Virus record (IMG/VR): IMGVR_UViG_3300028887_000069
Span: 52,898-116,897 of that record
Strand: one strand, 5' to 3'
Source: a virus
Lineage: Duplodnaviria > Heunggongvirae > Uroviricota > Caudoviricetes
Length of the DNA stretch: 64,000 nt
The notes below the pieces were generated by a model. The model was not told where the DNA came from, made no database searches, and saw only the letters and a program-made list of their open reading frames with translations. Shown here one piece after another: positions 1 through 10,077 of the stretch (the first letter of the stretch is position 1; each line of letters begins with the position of its first letter). Both the position numbers and the translations under genes were made by a program.

Positions 1-595
1 TAAAGTTAGATACGCTTGCTTGTGCCATACGAGCAGCCTGATATGCTGATGTATCAGGGAAGAACGCAGCCTCATCAATCAATAATATACTTACAGCTGA
101 TATACCACGGGCAGCATCGGGATTTGACGACCTTGCATATGCTTTGCATCCGTTGAATAATTCAAACTCACTTCTATTTTTCTTTTTATATATTGACTTT
201 AAATTTTTGGGGTCGTTTTTGTTTGGTGAATAATAGTCAGGACCCCACATCCAACGTGGTATTTGGTCCAAAAACGTTGTGATTTTTATTAATATTTCTT
301 CTGCAAGTGGTTTTTTATTCGCAATACACAGTATGGTTTCAGGTGCCTTATCGGAAGAAAATACACATTGTCCACAAATCCATGCTGATGAAATTGTGGT
401 TATACCCGCTTGACGGTGCTTAATTGCAATAACCTCATTTTTTTCGCCGAGTGCTGTTAAAAATGCTTTTTGTCTTGGAAATAGGTTAAACGGGCGTTGT
501 ACGCCGTCACTATAGGTTGTAAGGAACTTTTCTATAAGTTTTATACGGCTTTTATCTTGATAACATTCAACATATATTTGTTTAAGTGGATTCAT
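1..595 (-). CDS. terL: Terminase large subunit, N-terminal part; continues beyond the window start
   Basis: Manual minus-strand translation from the ATG at 595: MNPLKQIYVECYQD...IAIKHRQAGITTISSAW...ILLIDEAAFFPD. The Walker-B box (LLIDEAAF) is TerL-like; the Walker A is deviant (RQAGIT). The ORF is cut by the window edge. Confidence 0.55.
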   Translation of the reverse strand, partial: MNPLKQIYVECYQDKSRIKLIEKFLTTYSDGVQRPFNLFPRQKAFLTALGEKNEVIAIKHRQAGITTISSAWICGQCVFSSDKAPETILCIANKKPLAEEILIKITTFLDQIPRWMWGPDYYSPNKNDPKNLKSIYKKKNRSEFELFNGCKAYARSSNPDAARGISAVSILLIDEAAFFPDTSAYQAARMAQASVSNF

Positions 596-623
596 CTCTC
601 TTTATTTTTTTGTATTGCGTACA

Positions 624-1745
624 CTAGTACGACTCAGGCATTTCACCTCCAAAGTCTTCCTCGGCAAAATATCCATCCTCTATGGGATACAGTCTGTTAT
701 TTTGTTCAATGTAGTCATTGAAATCGTCTTCATCCTTTTTGTCCAATATGTTTTCCACAAGTTCGTCAAAATATCTAATTCCCTTGTTTGTATGGGCAAA
801 AATCTCCTGCATGAACTCATTGAACTTCGGGGTGTCCAACATTGACATTTCCATGAACAGAAAATTCAACCCCACATTTTCGTTGATGCCTTCCAACAAG
901 GGTGAAATCTGTTCCCACAACGCAGTACCGAGACGGCTGTCCCAAATCTCCGCCATCTTGAAATCGCTTTTCTTCATCACATAGTATGCCTTGTCCTTGT
1001 CATCAGGTAATCCCTTAAGGATTGCAACCTCAAGAAGCCCCTTTATTGTATTCTGCAGCATTATCGGAAATATCGTTCCATATGCCTCGACCTTGATAAG
1101 TTTCGGCGCGGCGTTAAGCATTACCTCAACCGTGCCGTCAGCGCCTTTTCCCGTACCCAAGGCGATGTCATCCAAAGCATACATCAGATAGTCGCTGTAT
1201 CTTATGATTTTGCTATACAGGGCGGGCAATTCGGGGTTTATCTTGTAAAGTTCCTGCACATAGTTTGAAACATTGTAGGCATATTCCTCTGAAGCACCCT
1301 CGACCAAGGCATTGAGTAGTCTGCGTTTATAGACTTCATCACCAAGGTATTTGATGTCGTCAATATCCTCAAACGAGTAGTTCTCATCCTCCTCAGGCAC
1401 CATTCTCTCTTTAGACGTGTCAATTGTGTCAGTAAGATGGCATCTCACGTCTATGGTATCTTCGGGTATCCTGAACATATCATTCACAAGGTCACCACAC
1501 AGTTGTTCCAATGCAGCACGTGATTTCTTTTCTTCTTCAAGACATTTGGCGAAAAGTTCATTCAACTCTCTAACTATCTCATTGTCACTTTTACCATTTA
1601 CACCGTTTTTAAGAGAAGTATACCTGCTTGCAAGTATATTCATTATATACTCGTTAGGTGTCGGCTTCGGTGGAAAAGAGGGATGGTCTCCAAGAGATGT
1701 CTTGTTGGAGACAACTGCGTCTGCTATGTGTTTTGGAAGTTCCAT
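624..1745 (-). CDS. Hypothetical acidic protein, 373 aa, late/structural block
   Basis: Long minus-strand ORF immediately upstream of terL in transcription order; no recognisable motif. Confidence 0.45.
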   Translation of the reverse strand: MELPKHIADAVVSNKTSLGDHPSFPPKPTPNEYIMNILASRYTSLKNGVNGKSDNEIVRELNELFAKCLEEEKKSRAALEQLCGDLVNDMFRIPEDTIDVRCHLTDTIDTSKERMVPEEDENYSFEDIDDIKYLGDEVYKRRLLNALVEGASEEYAYNVSNYVQELYKINPELPALYSKIIRYSDYLMYALDDIALGTGKGADGTVEVMLNAAPKLIKVEAYGTIFPIMLQNTIKGLLEVAILKGLPDDKDKAYYVMKKSDFKMAEIWDSRLGTALWEQISPLLEGINENVGLNFLFMEMSMLDTPKFNEFMQEIFAHTNKGIRYFDELVENILDKKDEDDFNDYIEQNNRLYPIEDGYFAEEDFGGEMPESY

Positions 1746-1758
1746 GTATTATTTTGTT

Positions 1759-2073
1759 TTATTTGAATAAGTTTGAAACAGGTACAACAACCGAGTTTTC
1801 TTTGAGTTTTTTAAGTCTCATTTCTTTTATCTGTTGTTTTGAAATGAGTTTGGACTCGTAAACTGGTGTGGCTGTAGTGGAATTGCTGAGACCTGTTACC
1901 TTCATCGAATCGCTACCCGTTTTTTTAGCCATATCTACACCCTGTTTAACCGCCTCTGGAGATACGTTGCCACTATTGTCAGCAGATACCGAAACGGTTG
2001 CACCTGAATCTGCAGTCTGTATTTCATTGACAATTTCTTTGAACTGTTCCTCTGTTATCTTGAATTTTCTCAT
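1759..2073 (-). CDS. Hypothetical protein, 104 aa, with the shared N-terminal motif MRKFKITEEQFKEI
   Basis: ORF with a late-type TAAATATAA box just upstream and no SD; N-terminus matches the motif shared by five other late proteins. Confidence 0.5.
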   Translation of the reverse strand: MRKFKITEEQFKEIVNEIQTADSGATVSVSADNSGNVSPEAVKQGVDMAKKTGSDSMKVTGLSNSTTATPVYESKLISKQQIKEMRLKKLKENSVVVPVSNLFK

Positions 2074-2101
2074 TGCAATTGTTCTTTTTTATAAATATAA
2101 T

Positions 2102-2728
2102 TTATTCCTCTTTCTTTTTAAAGGTTTTTCCTGTATATGGTGAGTTTCCATATGTCCGATGTTTGACATTGGTGTCATTCATAGGTTCGTTATCATCATC
2201 AGTGAAACGATTAAACAGGTTGTCTATCCTTGCGTTCATGGACTCGTTCATTGGCTGTTGCATATCACCGCCCATGTCAGGGGCACCCATTCCTTGGTCT
2301 CCTCCATCCATCGGAGGCATTTGCATATCGGCGTTTGCATCATCACCCTGTCCATTCTCGTCATCGTTCACCTTGTTAAGGATTTCCTGAGTATCTTCAG
2401 GATTCAGTCCGTCAACACACTGTTTGACAATCATGCCTGCAACGTATTTGTTTAAGTCAGCGTCGGGCTGTGGCAGATTCTCGCTATACTTTCTCAGGCT
2501 TTGACTCAGTTTGCCTGTCAATTGCTGTATGTATTTCTTGGGGTCGCTTTCTTCGTCAGCCTCAACTCCTGCGTCAAAATTGGTGTCATATGGGTTTTGT
2601 TGTCCACCGTCCATAGGAGGCATCATATTCATATCGTTTTCACTTTCCATTCCGCCACCCATAAAAGAAGAATCCCCCATTGGAGGTGCCATAGGAGCAT
2701 CCATCATAGGAGATTCCATCCCCCCCAT
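2102..2728 (-). CDS. Met/Gly/Pro-rich acidic low-complexity protein, 208 aa
   Basis: ORF with repeated PPMDGG and MGG(M)ES segments; likely disordered. Confidence 0.4.
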   Translation of the reverse strand: MGGMESPMMDAPMAPPMGDSSFMGGGMESENDMNMMPPMDGGQQNPYDTNFDAGVEADEESDPKKYIQQLTGKLSQSLRKYSENLPQPDADLNKYVAGMIVKQCVDGLNPEDTQEILNKVNDDENGQGDDANADMQMPPMDGGDQGMGAPDMGGDMQQPMNESMNARIDNLFNRFTDDDNEPMNDTNVKHRTYGNSPYTGKTFKKKEE

Positions 2729-2757
2729 ATTGGGGACTCTTAAAACCTTGCGCTCAG

Positions 2758-4152
2758 TTAATCTTTTTTTTTAAACCTTTCCATTACAGCATCGGTGAGC
2801 ATATCGATGATTTTCTCACTGAACGGGTCACCGCTATGTCCAATCTGCGTACCGAAAGGCTGTTCACCCTTTGCAGAATCATCGTTCCAGTCACGTCCCC
2901 ATGTGTTGATTTCTCTGTTGTCAGGAGTGGTCATAGGAACTTTCTGATATGCAGGGTGTTTTCCGAAAACATCAAGTTTGTTTTCTCTGATAGGTTCAGC
3001 GTCGAACTCAGGCTCATCGTCGTCTATATCAATTTCAAATTCCCTTTCACCGTCGGTAAGCATTGTAGAATCACCATCAATAGGAAAACCCGTCTCAGGG
3101 TCGAGGTTTTCCTCATTCATTTGCTGATTGCTTTGCTTGTTAGGAAGTTTGTCATCAAACGGAGCGCTGTCACCAGGTTCAGATACATGTTGGTCCATAT
3201 TCTCGGTGTTGTGTACAACATCTTCGTTTACATCCTGATTGCTCTGCTCTTTCGGGAGTTTATCATCATAAGGTGCACTGTCACCGATTTCGGTCCCCTT
3301 AGAGGTATCCATGTAATTCAGTGCATCGTTCCATGCAAGAACCTGTGCCTCGGTCACTCTGATTGTTCTGTGTTTGGATTCGTTCATTCTAACACCGTCG
3401 TCGTTTTTGTGTGAGTTACCCTTTGCACCCGCAACAGCGACACCTTCAGATTCTACTGACTTCACATCTTTGTTGTATGTGTCATCGGCGGTTTTCGGGT
3501 CAGTGTGTTCATTGCCTTTTATTTCTTCTTTATATTCACCCTTATTGGAATAGGTACCGTCAGCCTTTTTGGGGTCTGTCTCGTTTTCTTTCATGTTGTT
3601 AACCTTGTCGGTTGACATTGGTTTCTCAACGAAAGGATTACCTTCTTCCGCATTCTTGTCGGGACTTCCGAGTTCAATAGCCATACCTTCCTTATTTTCA
3701 GAAAGGATATAAGACACGTTATTCGTGATTTGTTTAAAACGGTTGATTTCGTTTCTCATTTCACGAGTTTCGTTGATTTGCCATTCAGCATCCTTAGTTT
3801 CCTTGAAAGGGCTGATTGAAACCTTTGTGGCAGCGTTGGCCTCGTTCAGGGATTTCATTTTCAGACCGAACTGCTTGGATGCAACGGTATAGGTGTCATA
3901 TTCATGCTGTTTCTTATTCATGAAACCACCGATGTAGTCATAGTCCTCGGCAAGAACCTCGGTGTCTTTTTTGGGGGCAACCTTAATATAGAATTTGTTG
4001 TTTTCCTTTACAATACCGTATGTATTGCCGTCAGCACCAACCTGATGGTACTCGACTATTGACTGTCCGCTTTTCTTGGAACTTTCATTGAGACCGTAGT
4101 TCATAAGTTGCTTCATTCTCAAAAGTTCCTCATTGTTAATTTCGTTCGACAT
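2758..4152 (-). CDS. Repeat-containing hypothetical virion-type protein, 464 aa; start taken at the ATG at 4152 rather than the GTG at 4176
   Basis: Internal duplicated segments GDSAPYDDKLPKEQSNQ / GDSAPFDDKLPNKQSNQ and TDPKKADGTYSNK / TDPKTADDTYNKD. N-terminus MSNEINNEELLRMKQLM resembles the shared late N-terminal motif. A TAAATATAAATAT box lies 30 nt upstream. Confidence 0.5.
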   Translation of the reverse strand: MSNEINNEELLRMKQLMNYGLNESSKKSGQSIVEYHQVGADGNTYGIVKENNKFYIKVAPKKDTEVLAEDYDYIGGFMNKKQHEYDTYTVASKQFGLKMKSLNEANAATKVSISPFKETKDAEWQINETREMRNEINRFKQITNNVSYILSENKEGMAIELGSPDKNAEEGNPFVEKPMSTDKVNNMKENETDPKKADGTYSNKGEYKEEIKGNEHTDPKTADDTYNKDVKSVESEGVAVAGAKGNSHKNDDGVRMNESKHRTIRVTEAQVLAWNDALNYMDTSKGTEIGDSAPYDDKLPKEQSNQDVNEDVVHNTENMDQHVSEPGDSAPFDDKLPNKQSNQQMNEENLDPETGFPIDGDSTMLTDGEREFEIDIDDDEPEFDAEPIRENKLDVFGKHPAYQKVPMTTPDNREINTWGRDWNDDSAKGEQPFGTQIGHSGDPFSEKIIDMLTDAVMERFKKKD

Positions 4153-4182
4153 ATTACGTATGTATCTTTTTTGCACTTATTT

Positions 4183-4195
4183 TAAATATAAATAT
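4183..4195 (-). promoter_or_regulatory. Late-type upstream motif (plus-strand TAAATATAAATAT; ATATTTATATTTA on the coding strand), 30 nt 5' of the ATG
   Basis: The same 13-mer or a close variant precedes minus-strand late genes at 2093-2105, 8709-8723, 13887-13901, 25226-25238, 26681-26693, 32969-32980 and 34621-34635. Confidence 0.55.
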
Positions 4196-4204
4196 TACCT
4201 TAAA

Positions 4205-7123
4205 TTATTTTTTACTTTTCTTTTTGTTTTCGTAGACATCATCTTGCCTAAGCAACTCATCTGAAGCGACATCCATTTTAGACAACGGAGGTGTATTGTC
4301 GTCGGTGTCATCGACAGCAGGTTTATTATTTTCCACACTATCTCTCGTTACCGTATATTCACGTGGCATTTCTTTCGGCAATAAACCAAGGCTTCTCTTA
4401 ACTCTGTCAATATTTCCGAGTGCCCATTCCAAATCAGTTTTCCTGTAAACACCTGGTATTACCTGCTTAAATCCAAAACGTTTCATCGCATCATGCAAGG
4501 CTGATGTTGTCACGCTATCATTATTTAGCGCTTTACGGAATCTTCCAAGCCAAGAATTTAGATAAACATTTCCATATCCAGGATTCATCTCTTTCAATTG
4601 AGTTTCATACACAATCACAGTCTTGGATTTGTTTTCATTGACATAATTCCCCGCCGAGATTTGTGTCAAAACCTTTGAGCCACCCTTAATGAACATTGAT
4701 GCCAAGTCACCTCTGTGGTGCCACACGTCAAGGCAACGGTTCACAAGTATAAGTTTTTCACCTACAGACATTGAAGGATTATATTCGTTTAATATATTAC
4801 CCAACGGTTTCAAGCCATAGTCACTTATCGCATCTCTACCATCGGGAGCAACAGCGTAATCATCCCACCCTCGTTCATATAGAAAGTCATAACATGATTC
4901 AAAACTGTAGTCAGGTTCAATACCTTTATTTGTACACCATTGTTCATATTCATCTTCGAACACCTCCCTGAAATCATCTTCAGGAAAATAAGAAGAATGA
5001 CCTGAAATCTCAGTATTAGCTTGGAGTTGAAGACTATTTCTCATAATCAGTTCAACCCATTCGTCAACTATACGCTCAGGGAAACGCATCGCCTCTCCGT
5101 TCTGCATATAATCCTGTAACGCTCTGTTGTATTGTGACGGGTTTATCAAATTCCAATATTGTTTACTTCCCTTTGGTGCATTTTTAAAATCCATCAAAAC
5201 TGTATAAACATCGACATTTTCATAAACATCGGCTATTAAATCATCAATATAACCCTCATTTAGTTTTTCTTTTTTATTTTTAGTCATTGATTTATAGCAA
5301 GTAGCAAGAAGACCGTCACCCTCCAAATCATCATCTTTTTCTGGACACTCATAGTTATCACCATCTAAAGCATATTGGTCTAAAATTTTATCGTACACTT
5401 TAGGTAGGTTCTCTACAATTGTTTTAGCATCATCTTTCACATCGTTGTTCCAAGGGTATAAGAAATCTTCAATATTTTTATTGAGATATCCTATTTTATC
5501 TTTTATACTCTTCTCAAGCCCACTTTTGACTAAATCATCTTTCATGTACCAACCTTTTATTTTTTTAAGTAAAAGAAGTACATTTCCAAGTGCGCTATAT
5601 GCTTCACGGGTTGATTTTGCACTGTCTAATTCTTTTTTATTTACTTCCAAAACCTTTCTAGTTAATTGTGCTTTAAAATCAAGACCATCATCAGATTGTA
5701 ATGGAAGTACACCCCAAGAACCTTCATTTAAAGACATCTGTTTGTCATAGTTGTAGTTTATAATGTCCCAAATCTTCTTTATGTATCCCTCAGCCCTCAA
5801 TATTTTCCAAATGATATTACCACTGCTCATTTCCTTCGCCTTGGTCTTTAACCCCTCACGCCTCATACCTTTTAAGGTGTTGAATATTGACAACATTTTA
5901 TTTGAAAGGGTTTCCACCTTCTTGGCATCATTTTCCTTGGAAATCTGTTTTTCAAGTTTGTCTATCTTGTCAAGATATTTCTCAGCAGTCTGCTTTACAT
6001 ATTCCTTGTTCAATTTGGCATCGGACAAATCCTTCGGTTCTTTAACCCAATCATTTTTCTCGAGTGAATAGACACCGCTTGCCTCCGCAGGTGCATCCAA
6101 ATCCTCAACCGAAAGTTCAACGTTGAATCCATATATCTTAAGTTTCTCGTGGGTGGAGTTCCACTCTGTTTTCTTGGCATCGAAGAAATTCTTGACAAAG
6201 TCGGTCTTTTTGTACACTTTTTTGAAATCCATTATAATATGAATGTCAACATCCGAGTATTTTGTCCAATTGTAGTTGGCTATTGAACCCGTCAGGACAA
6301 TGTCCTCAGGTTTAACCCATCTTATATCAAGGGTCTTCACAAAGTCATCGGCAATGTCAAGCAGACGCATACGGACCTTGGAGTTGAGTTTGTTGTTCAC
6401 CCAAAACTTGGGGTGCAACTGTTCCTTGGGTTCAAACGGCTTGAGTGAAACCTCTTCCTCAATTGTTTCACTCTCATTCATCCTCCTTGCATAAAATTGG
6501 TTATATACCTCATAAGTCAAGCCCGCATCAAGGATGATAATCTGTGCGTCACCGTCACGTTCAGTTAATCCATAGGTGGATAAACGCAACATGTCTCCAA
6601 GAGGAATGTTGTAGTTTGTCATATAGTCCCATATACCTCTAAAGAACCAATTGTCGGGATGTTCCTCCATGCAATATTCGTACATTTCGTCGTCCATTGC
6701 ATAATAAAATGATTTGCGTCCATTGGGGGCATAGGCGTTGAATGTTGCCACAACAAACGATTGGAAATCATCCCAAGACAAATTAAGGACCTTTTTGAAA
6801 TCGCTTTTCTTGGCGGGCAGTACATTTTCCTCTATAATCCACTCATAGTCATCGGAAACACTTTCAACATTGACAACAATGCCATCGTTCTCCCTCGACA
6901 TTTGTGCTTCCACACGATTCTGCGCCTTTCCCTTTTCATTGATGGCAAGTTTCAAAACCAATTCGTCAGTCAGTTCAAATATGATACGTGAACTTCCCTT
7001 ACCAAAGGAAGGACCTAAATGTTCTTTACAGTATTTCAGCCTTGCAGCAAATGTTTTGCAGTTTTGAAATTCACCGAGGTTGAAATCACCGCCCAATGCT
7101 TCGTTTATAACTTTACTTTCCAT
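4205..7123 (-). CDS. Large multidomain protein, 972 aa, with a Pol-beta-type nucleotidyltransferase signature; possibly a kinase-like N-terminal domain
   Basis: Motif LTGSIANYNWTKYSDVDIHII fits hG[GS]x9-13Dh[DE]h. N-terminal FGKGSSRIIFEL...VLKLA...IILDAGL loosely resembles a kinase glycine loop, catalytic Lys and DFG-like triad. Confidence 0.5.
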   Translation of the reverse strand: MESKVINEALGGDFNLGEFQNCKTFAARLKYCKEHLGPSFGKGSSRIIFELTDELVLKLAINEKGKAQNRVEAQMSRENDGIVVNVESVSDDYEWIIEENVLPAKKSDFKKVLNLSWDDFQSFVVATFNAYAPNGRKSFYYAMDDEMYEYCMEEHPDNWFFRGIWDYMTNYNIPLGDMLRLSTYGLTERDGDAQIIILDAGLTYEVYNQFYARRMNESETIEEEVSLKPFEPKEQLHPKFWVNNKLNSKVRMRLLDIADDFVKTLDIRWVKPEDIVLTGSIANYNWTKYSDVDIHIIMDFKKVYKKTDFVKNFFDAKKTEWNSTHEKLKIYGFNVELSVEDLDAPAEASGVYSLEKNDWVKEPKDLSDAKLNKEYVKQTAEKYLDKIDKLEKQISKENDAKKVETLSNKMLSIFNTLKGMRREGLKTKAKEMSSGNIIWKILRAEGYIKKIWDIINYNYDKQMSLNEGSWGVLPLQSDDGLDFKAQLTRKVLEVNKKELDSAKSTREAYSALGNVLLLLKKIKGWYMKDDLVKSGLEKSIKDKIGYLNKNIEDFLYPWNNDVKDDAKTIVENLPKVYDKILDQYALDGDNYECPEKDDDLEGDGLLATCYKSMTKNKKEKLNEGYIDDLIADVYENVDVYTVLMDFKNAPKGSKQYWNLINPSQYNRALQDYMQNGEAMRFPERIVDEWVELIMRNSLQLQANTEISGHSSYFPEDDFREVFEDEYEQWCTNKGIEPDYSFESCYDFLYERGWDDYAVAPDGRDAISDYGLKPLGNILNEYNPSMSVGEKLILVNRCLDVWHHRGDLASMFIKGGSKVLTQISAGNYVNENKSKTVIVYETQLKEMNPGYGNVYLNSWLGRFRKALNNDSVTTSALHDAMKRFGFKQVIPGVYRKTDLEWALGNIDRVKRSLGLLPKEMPREYTVTRDSVENNKPAVDDTDDNTPPLSKMDVASDELLRQDDVYENKKKSKK

Positions 7124-7150
7124 ACAATTTAATATAATATGTTTTGACTA

Positions 7151-8689
7151 TTAAATCCACCTTAATTGTTTTTCAAGCCTGTAGTTCTGATATATCTGTT
7201 CATAGTTCAGGTCACAGGAATGAAAGCGGAACACCTTGAAATAGCCCTCAAGGGAACCGCCAAACTCCTGTTCCAAGAACAGCAAATCCTCAGGTACGGT
7301 ATCCAAACCATAGACGACATCGCACAGCCCCTGTGTTCCACCACCAATTGAAATATTGTACGGCACACCCTCCTGTTTTTCGTATACATCATTCAACACC
7401 CTGAGTAAAAGCGTCGGTATCGGTTTCGAATACAGTACAATTTTACCGTTGACATAGAAAATGAGTCTCATCAAGTCCACCTTCTTGTTGTAAGGTATCG
7501 AATCCTTCGGCAAAAACGGAATGACCCTTACGGCAACATGGTTCCATTCACCAACCTTTATTCTCTCCTCATACGACCACTCCTCCTCTATCGCATATCC
7601 CTTCTCGGATTCGCAGTCCTGAACCATGTACTTGTACCCAATCTTTCCATCCACTTTCACTTGGAATGCCAAGGCGTTTCTGAACAGGTCCTTCAGAATG
7701 TCATACTGCTTTGTCTTGTCTGTTTTCAGGTCACCTATCGTTTCAACCGTGTATCCGTCCTTGCTTCTATTCACATAGAGATAATAGTTCTCACCAAAGT
7801 TTTTCTCGTCAAACAATATTCTTGCATACTCGTCGTCGGTGTGTTCATCGCTTGCCAAAAGCCCGTTCTTGCTTCGGTTGTATGTCACAAATTTGTTGTT
7901 TATATCAACTACCGTGTCATAACTGTCAAGACGCAGCCCGCTGTCGGTGGTGAGGTCGGTCGTAAAAACGTTACTTCCGCTTCCCGAATCGTCACTGTTA
8001 TAGTATTTCCACCACTTGTTCTCCGCCCTTGTACCGATATAGAAGAATATTCCCTTGTTCTCGGGATAGACATCGTTAAGCGTAGGTAACTTCTCTTCAG
8101 AACCGCTTGGTACTGAACCGTCAAAAACAGGCTTGAAGACAAATTCCATTGTCCATCCGTTGCCGAGTTTGCTTGGCAATACCCTGTATTCACACCCCGT
8201 GTCGGTTTGGAAAAACCCCTGATAGAATCCCCCGTTCAGTTTTGATATGTTTATGTTGTTCTCCTTTACAATCTCATTCCCGTATGAATATATCTTGTTA
8301 TTGCCCGCAACCCTGTTCAAATACAGTTTCATGTCGTCGACACCAGTCTCGAGAACACTGTTCTGATAGATATCGTCGAACTCCTCCTGCGTTATGGTAT
8401 CCTTGTCATAGGTAAGCAAACCGTTATCCACACCCGTCAAGCCGATATTGGTAAGCGAGACACCTTTATTGATTGCATTCTCCCATTGGTATGTGTCCAT
8501 CGACACCAAACCGTTTTCAAGCAAGCACTCATCCATTGCCGTGTCAATGTATGAAGCCAAACACTCATCCTGAAACATGTCGGCAAGATTGCCCCCGTAC
8601 TGTTTCAAGTACAGGTGCATGTCCCAATAGTCAGCCTTGTTGACCTTGAATTTGAATACCTTCCTGTTATGGTTTAGAATATTACTCAT
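7151..8689 (-). CDS. Putative tail fibre or receptor-binding protein, 512 aa, with a C-terminal ConA/LamG-like jelly-roll
   Basis: C-terminal EWNHVAVRV...LIFYVNGKIV pattern is typical of LamG/ConA lectin folds; position and size also fit. Confidence 0.4.
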   Translation of the reverse strand: MSNILNHNRKVFKFKVNKADYWDMHLYLKQYGGNLADMFQDECLASYIDTAMDECLLENGLVSMDTYQWENAINKGVSLTNIGLTGVDNGLLTYDKDTITQEEFDDIYQNSVLETGVDDMKLYLNRVAGNNKIYSYGNEIVKENNINISKLNGGFYQGFFQTDTGCEYRVLPSKLGNGWTMEFVFKPVFDGSVPSGSEEKLPTLNDVYPENKGIFFYIGTRAENKWWKYYNSDDSGSGSNVFTTDLTTDSGLRLDSYDTVVDINNKFVTYNRSKNGLLASDEHTDDEYARILFDEKNFGENYYLYVNRSKDGYTVETIGDLKTDKTKQYDILKDLFRNALAFQVKVDGKIGYKYMVQDCESEKGYAIEEEWSYEERIKVGEWNHVAVRVIPFLPKDSIPYNKKVDLMRLIFYVNGKIVLYSKPIPTLLLRVLNDVYEKQEGVPYNISIGGGTQGLCDVVYGLDTVPEDLLFLEQEFGGSLEGYFKVFRFHSCDLNYEQIYQNYRLEKQLRWI

Positions 8690-8820
8690 CCGTTATCAAT
8701 GTATATATTATAAATATACAATCATATGAATAAGGAAACCGCCACAAGTAAAGGAGGTGGTTCGACTCTGACAGCTTCCTCGCAATCTTGGGCGGTCTTA
8801 TTATTAAATATCATGCAACA

Positions 8821-8853
8821 TTTGAAAAATGTCACATAAAAATAGTATATTTG
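8821..8853 (+). promoter_or_regulatory. Middle-type promoter: TTTG-N21-(aaaaatag)TAtaTTTG
   Basis: The box aaaaatagtatatttg recurs at 13927-13942, at 31520-31535 on the minus strand before ligA, and in degenerate form at 23545-23560. Confidence 0.55.
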
Positions 8854-8879
8854 TTCTGTATTATAATAATATCTTGATA

Positions 8880-9683
8880 ATGAATAGTTGCATCAAATTT
8901 TTTGGTGGAAAGAACGGGATGTACAAGAACATTATACCCGAATTTCCTGAGAAGGGTAGTTATGACACATACATTGAGCCGTTCGGCGGCTCGTTCGCCA
9001 TTGGTCTGCATACCCCCGAGGACATGATTGCCCCGATTGAGATATATAACGACCTTGAAAAGAATGTGTACTCGCTGTTCAAGGTCTTGTCGGATGAAGC
9101 GAAGTTCAATGAATTCAAGAAACTCTGTGATTTGGTATATTATGACGAAGACTTAAGGTCTGAATATATCGACGATTTGAAAAATGACAAAGAGTTGGGC
9201 GAGGTTTCCAGAGCGTTCCGCTTTTTCTATATCAACCGAACAAGCCACAACGGTATTGGTGGGTTCAGTCTTCAAAGGGTTGTGAGGAGAAATATGTCCA
9301 AGAACGTAAGCGACTTCCTCAGTACGGTTGACGGGCTATATGAACTCCACCAACGCCTGAGCAAGGTCAATTTCATGAACAGGGACGGCATCGAACTCAT
9401 GAAAAGGTTCTCCGAACCCAACATTTTCATCTATGCAGACCCGCCATACGTGCATTCAACACGTGGGACGACGAGATATACAGTGGATATGGATGATGAC
9501 ACTCAAAAAAAGTTTTTGGAAGTCTGTATAAACAGTCATGCCAAGATACTTATAAGCGGTTACGACTGTGAGATGTACAACATTCTGACCGAAAACGGCT
9601 TTACCAAAAAGCACTTTGACAAACAGGTCATTGAAGGCAACAACTACAGTCTCAACAAAGAGACACTTTGGAAAAATTATTAG
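8880..9683 (+). CDS. dam: DNA N6-adenine methyltransferase, Dam-like
   Basis: N-terminal KFFGGK plus YIEPFGGSFAIG (motif I) and IYADPPY (motif IV). Start moved to the ATG at 8880 because the middle-type promoter box lies inside the longer track ORF. Confidence 0.7.
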   Translation: MNSCIKFFGGKNGMYKNIIPEFPEKGSYDTYIEPFGGSFAIGLHTPEDMIAPIEIYNDLEKNVYSLFKVLSDEAKFNEFKKLCDLVYYDEDLRSEYIDDLKNDKELGEVSRAFRFFYINRTSHNGIGGFSLQRVVRRNMSKNVSDFLSTVDGLYELHQRLSKVNFMNRDGIELMKRFSEPNIFIYADPPYVHSTRGTTRYTVDMDDDTQKKFLEVCINSHAKILISGYDCEMYNILTENGFTKKHFDKQVIEGNNYSLNKETLWKNY

Positions 9684-9702
9684 AAAAACACATAAATACA
9701 AA

Positions 9703-10077
9703 ATGGATGAACTACATTTAGATTCAGTTATCGAAGCCTCGGGCAAATACAAGGGAATGACAGTACAGGAAGTCATTGACAAGAAGAAAAGCGCTGTCTT
9801 CCAACTTATCAAGAAAGGATTGATATTTGACGACGAGGTATTGAAGGTGTGCAACATCACCAAGACAATAAGGGACAGGAAGGCAATAAACGTCATAGTT
9901 GACCATGACAAGCCCGCTGTAAAGAAACTTGCAAAGGACACCGCATCCCTGAAAGATATTCTCAAGGAGATAAACACCCTCGAATATTACGAGGACGAGA
10001 AAAACAAGGAAACAGACGAAAACAACGACCCAAATTACCCGACAGAAGATGGAATTATCGAACCCAACAACGAATAA
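9703..10077 (+). CDS. Hypothetical protein, 124 aa
   Basis: ORF; start taken at the first ATG (MDELHLDS) of the longer alternative-start track ORF. Confidence 0.4.
   Translation: MDELHLDSVIEASGKYKGMTVQEVIDKKKSAVFQLIKKGLIFDDEVLKVCNITKTIRDRKAINVIVDHDKPAVKKLAKDTASLKDILKEINTLEYYEDEKNKETDENNDPNYPTEDGIIEPNNE

Noticed and set aside
8737-8806. tRNA-like GGTTCGACTC T-loop-like string in the 7151-8689 / dam divergent region
   Set aside because: No matching T-stem, acceptor stem or anticodon arm can be built on either strand. It is more likely part of the divergent promoter or UTR structure (accgcc...ggcggt long-range stem).
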